Assembly (NCBI GenBank): GCA_026770705.1
Contig: JANJGN010000838.1
Location: 124,001-188,000 of the forward strand
Direction of reading: 5' to 3'
DNA length: 64,000 bases
Source of the DNA: Isurus oxyrinchus
Lineage: Eukaryota
Positions 60,621-64,000 of the stretch are shown one piece after another. Position 1 is the stretch's first letter. Each line of letters opens with the position of its first letter. The notes beneath the pieces are model-generated. The model had not been told where the DNA came from, made no database searches, and saw nothing but the letters and a program-made list of their open reading frames with translations. The position numbers and the translations under genes were made by a program.

Positions 60621-63205
60621 CTTCAGTTCCTCATCTAAATGGAAATGATAAAGACAGAGACTTTTTCATAAATTGTCCCCAGCGTTTCTTCCTCAAACAA
60701 CAACAACTTGTGTTTAAATGGCACCTTTCAGAGAATTAAACAGCCCCAGGGAATTATCTAATGTCAAGACAAGGAAGGAGAGATTGAGAAGGGACATCGC
60801 AAACCGATTCACCAAACACGGCAAAAATTCATTGTTCCCTCACTCCCTCTGCTCGGTGTCCAGCTTTTTCTCTCAGTGAGTTTAGTCCTCACAATCTCTA
60901 TCTATCACACTCTTCTGCTCTCTCTCTCACACACACATTCTCTCTCTAACACTCACAATCTCTCTCTATCACACTCTTCTGCTCTATCTCTCTCTCTCAC
61001 ACACACACATTCTCTCTCTAACACTCACAATCTCTCTCTATCACACTCTTCTGCTCTATCTCTCTCTCTCTCACACACACATTCTCTCTCTAACACTCAC
61101 AATCTCTCTCTATCACACTCTTCTGCTCTATCTCTCTCTCTCACACACACACATTCTCTCTCTAACACTCACAATCTCTATCACACTCTTCTGCTCTATC
61201 TCTCTCTCACACACACACACATTCTCTCTCTAACACTCACAATCTCTCTCTATCACACTCTTCTGCTCTATCTCTCTCTCTCACACACACACATTCTCTC
61301 TCTAACACTCACAATCTCTATCACACTCTTCTGCTCTATCTCTCTCTCTCACACACACATTCTCTCTCTAACACTCACAATCTCTCTCTATCACACTCTT
61401 CTGCTCTCTCTCTCTCTTTCACACACAGACACGTTCTCTCTCTAACACTCACAATCTCTCTCTATCACACTCTTCTGCTCTATCTCTCTCTTTCACACAC
61501 AGACACGTTCTCTCTCTAACACTCACAATCTCTCTCTATCACACTCTTCTGCTCTATCTCTCTCTCTCACACACAGACACGTTCTCTCTCTAACACTCAC
61601 AATCTCTCTCTATCACACTCTTCTGCTCTATCTCTCTCTCACACACACACATTCTCCCTCTAACACTCACAAAATTTTTCTCTATCACACTCTTCTGCTC
61701 TATCTCTCTCTCTCACACACACACATTCTCTCTCTAACAATCACAATCTCTCTCTATCACACTCTTCTGCTCTATCTCTCTCTCTCACACTCACACATTC
61801 TCTCTCTCTCACACACATACATTCTCTCTCTCTCAGACACTCTCATTCTCTCTCTCTCACACATTTACAATCTCTCTCTATCTTTCTCTTCTGCTGTCTC
61901 CCTCTTTCTCACTCTCATGCACTCTCTCCCTCACACACACAGAATCTCTCTCACACACACACACTCTCCCTCACACACACATCCTCCCTCACACACACAC
62001 ACTCTCCCNNNNNNNNNNNNNNNNNNNNNNNNNNNNNNNNNNNNNNNNNNNNNNNNNNNNNNNNNNNNNNNNNNNNNNNNNNNNNNNNNNNNNNNNNNNN
62101 NNNNNNNNNNNNNNNNNNNNNNNNNNNNNNNNNNNNNNNNNNNNNNNNNNNNNNNNNNNNNNNNNNNNNNNNNNNNNNNNNNNNNNNNTCTTTTAAACAC
62201 ACACACTCCCTCTCAAATACACACACCCTCTCTCGCACACTCCTTCTCTCAAACACATACACCCTCTCTCTCAAACACACACACACACAAACACACACAC
62301 ACACGCTCTCATGCACACGCTCTCTCACATACACACTCTCTCTTTCACACACACACTATCTAACACTCACAGATTCTCTCTCTTTCTTTCTCTCTCACAC
62401 ATAAGCTCTCTCTCTAACACAGACATTCCCTTTCTCTCACACACTCTCTCTCACACAATTCAGCTACTTCGCTCTCTCATGCGTACACACTCTACCTCTC
62501 TTTTGCTCTCTCACACATTTTCTCTTTCTCTCTATCCTTCTCTCTCGCACACATACGCACTGTCACTCTCTCACACACACATTGTCTCTCTTTCTCACAC
62601 ACGCACTCACTCTCTCTCTCTCTCTCTCTCCAAGACAGCAGGTTGGGGTTTTCAAACCGTCTCAAGGTTTCAGCTCAAAACCCAGATGGACTCTCCCCAG
62701 TGAGGGAGTGCTGAGGGAGTGCTGCACTGTTGGAGGGTCAGTATTGAGGGAGTGCTGCACTGTCAGGAGGTCAGTACTGAGGGAAACCCTGCTCTATCAA
62801 AGGGTCAGTACTGAGGCAGTGCTGAACTGTCAGAGGGTCAGTACTCAAGGAGTGCTGCACTGTTGGAGGGTTAACACTGAGGGAGTGCTGCACTTCCAGA
62901 GGGTCAATACTGAAGGAGTGCTGCACTCTCAAAGCGTCAATGCTGAGGGAGTGCTGCACTGTCAGAGGGTGGACACTGAGGGAATGCTGCTCTGTCAGAC
63001 CTGCCATATTTCAGATGATGTTTGAAATTAGCAACATGCCTCATGTATAATTATATATCATCAACTCAAAATAAATAGATTATTCCTGTACATTTCACTT
63101 TACTGTAAATTGTTTGCAGTTTCATCTCCTTAGAAGCCAGGCTTGTGTGATCACTATTTTTAAATAACGTTAATAATAAAGATGCGACAATCCACATGCA
63201 CACAT

Positions 63206-63247
<42 letters not shown>

Positions 63248-63950
63248 ATGTGTAGGCACATACATGCACATTTACACACAGTCATACACGTGCAAAAACC
63301 TACACAGAAACATACACACACTCAACTCACACACACACACTCACACGTGCACACACATACACATACACATGTACACACATTCACTTATGCACAGAAATAT
63401 ACACAAAGACACACGCACATTTGCGCAAACACATACACACATGCACACACAGACACATGCATGCATACTCACACAAACATACTCACATATGTAGAAACAC
63501 AAACACATACACATAAACACGCGTGAGGTCCCTCTTCTTTCTCAGGGCTGCACTGGAGTCTCGGTGTCAGCTCCGATTCTGTGTTGAAGGAAGGTAAACT
63601 CCAGATCAACAAGACCCTGAACTGGATGAGCAACCTCCTGAACAGAGAATTGTAGATTTACCCCTCAGTGCTCCATCGATCAAATACAATTCATTCCCGT
63701 AAATCCCTTGGCAAAATCCTGAGGATGTGAAAGTTTCTTTCATTCTAGGTGAACAGCACCTCTACTGGTGGGAGAATGTAACTGTAGTTTGACTGTTTAC
63801 ATCGGCAGTGCCCATTATAAATTTGACAGTGGAAGTTATATGGAGGGAAGGTATCTGGAAATGCATACAGACATCAGATACAGAGAGATGATGCATGGAG
63901 TCTTGCTGTGCACGCTGCTTGCTCATATTAAACACTTGATTTGTTCTTAG

Positions 63951-64000
63951 ATGCTCCACAGAATCTCACATTTACTTCTCTTGAAATGATTAATGCTTCA
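63951..64000 (+). CDS. Start of an inverted C2-set Ig repeat exon (xAPQNLTFTSLEMINAS...), runs off window
   Basis: ttgttcttag|AT acceptor. Preceded (63500-63950) by the reverse complement of the intron block found upstream of the repeat exons. Functional status unknown. Confidence 0.75.

Larger units (their letters stand above)
50050..63250 (+). repeat. Segmental duplication copy B
   Basis: Direct paralog of 6780-18788. Carries an extra ~1.3 kb (51883-53212) and a longer 37-bp array. Confidence 0.93.

Overview
Eukaryotic vertebrate genomic DNA, most likely a cartilaginous fish (inferred from the CR1/L2 LINE, SINE and minisatellite content). It is a draft assembly with eight N-gaps. The core is an apparently intact minus-strand Siglec-family (CD22/sialoadhesin/CD33-like) receptor gene at 25408-43078. 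I reconstructed it from GT-AG sites and phases: signal exon, sialic-acid-binding V-set exon (YYFRIE, essential Arg present), one unique C2-set exon, nine near-identical 282-nt phase-1/1 C2-set exons, a TM exon, and two cytoplasmic exons carrying TNYIAL, an ITIM (LLYANI) and TEYTQI. This gives about 1222 aa and 11 Ig domains. A tenth repeat exon is truncated. The gene is bracketed by a ~12-13 kb direct segmental duplication (~6.8-18.8 kb and ~50-63.3 kb). Each copy holds a second Siglec/MAG-like gene whose V exon is cut just before the essential Arg by a Ty3/gypsy gag-pro remnant. Upstream of the main gene lie orphan cytoplasmic-tail exons with a disabled ITIM (LLYANP). An inverted (+ strand) copy of the Ig repeat unit begins at the window end. 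The rest is CR1/L2 fragments, solo-LTR-like insertions and several minisatellites.
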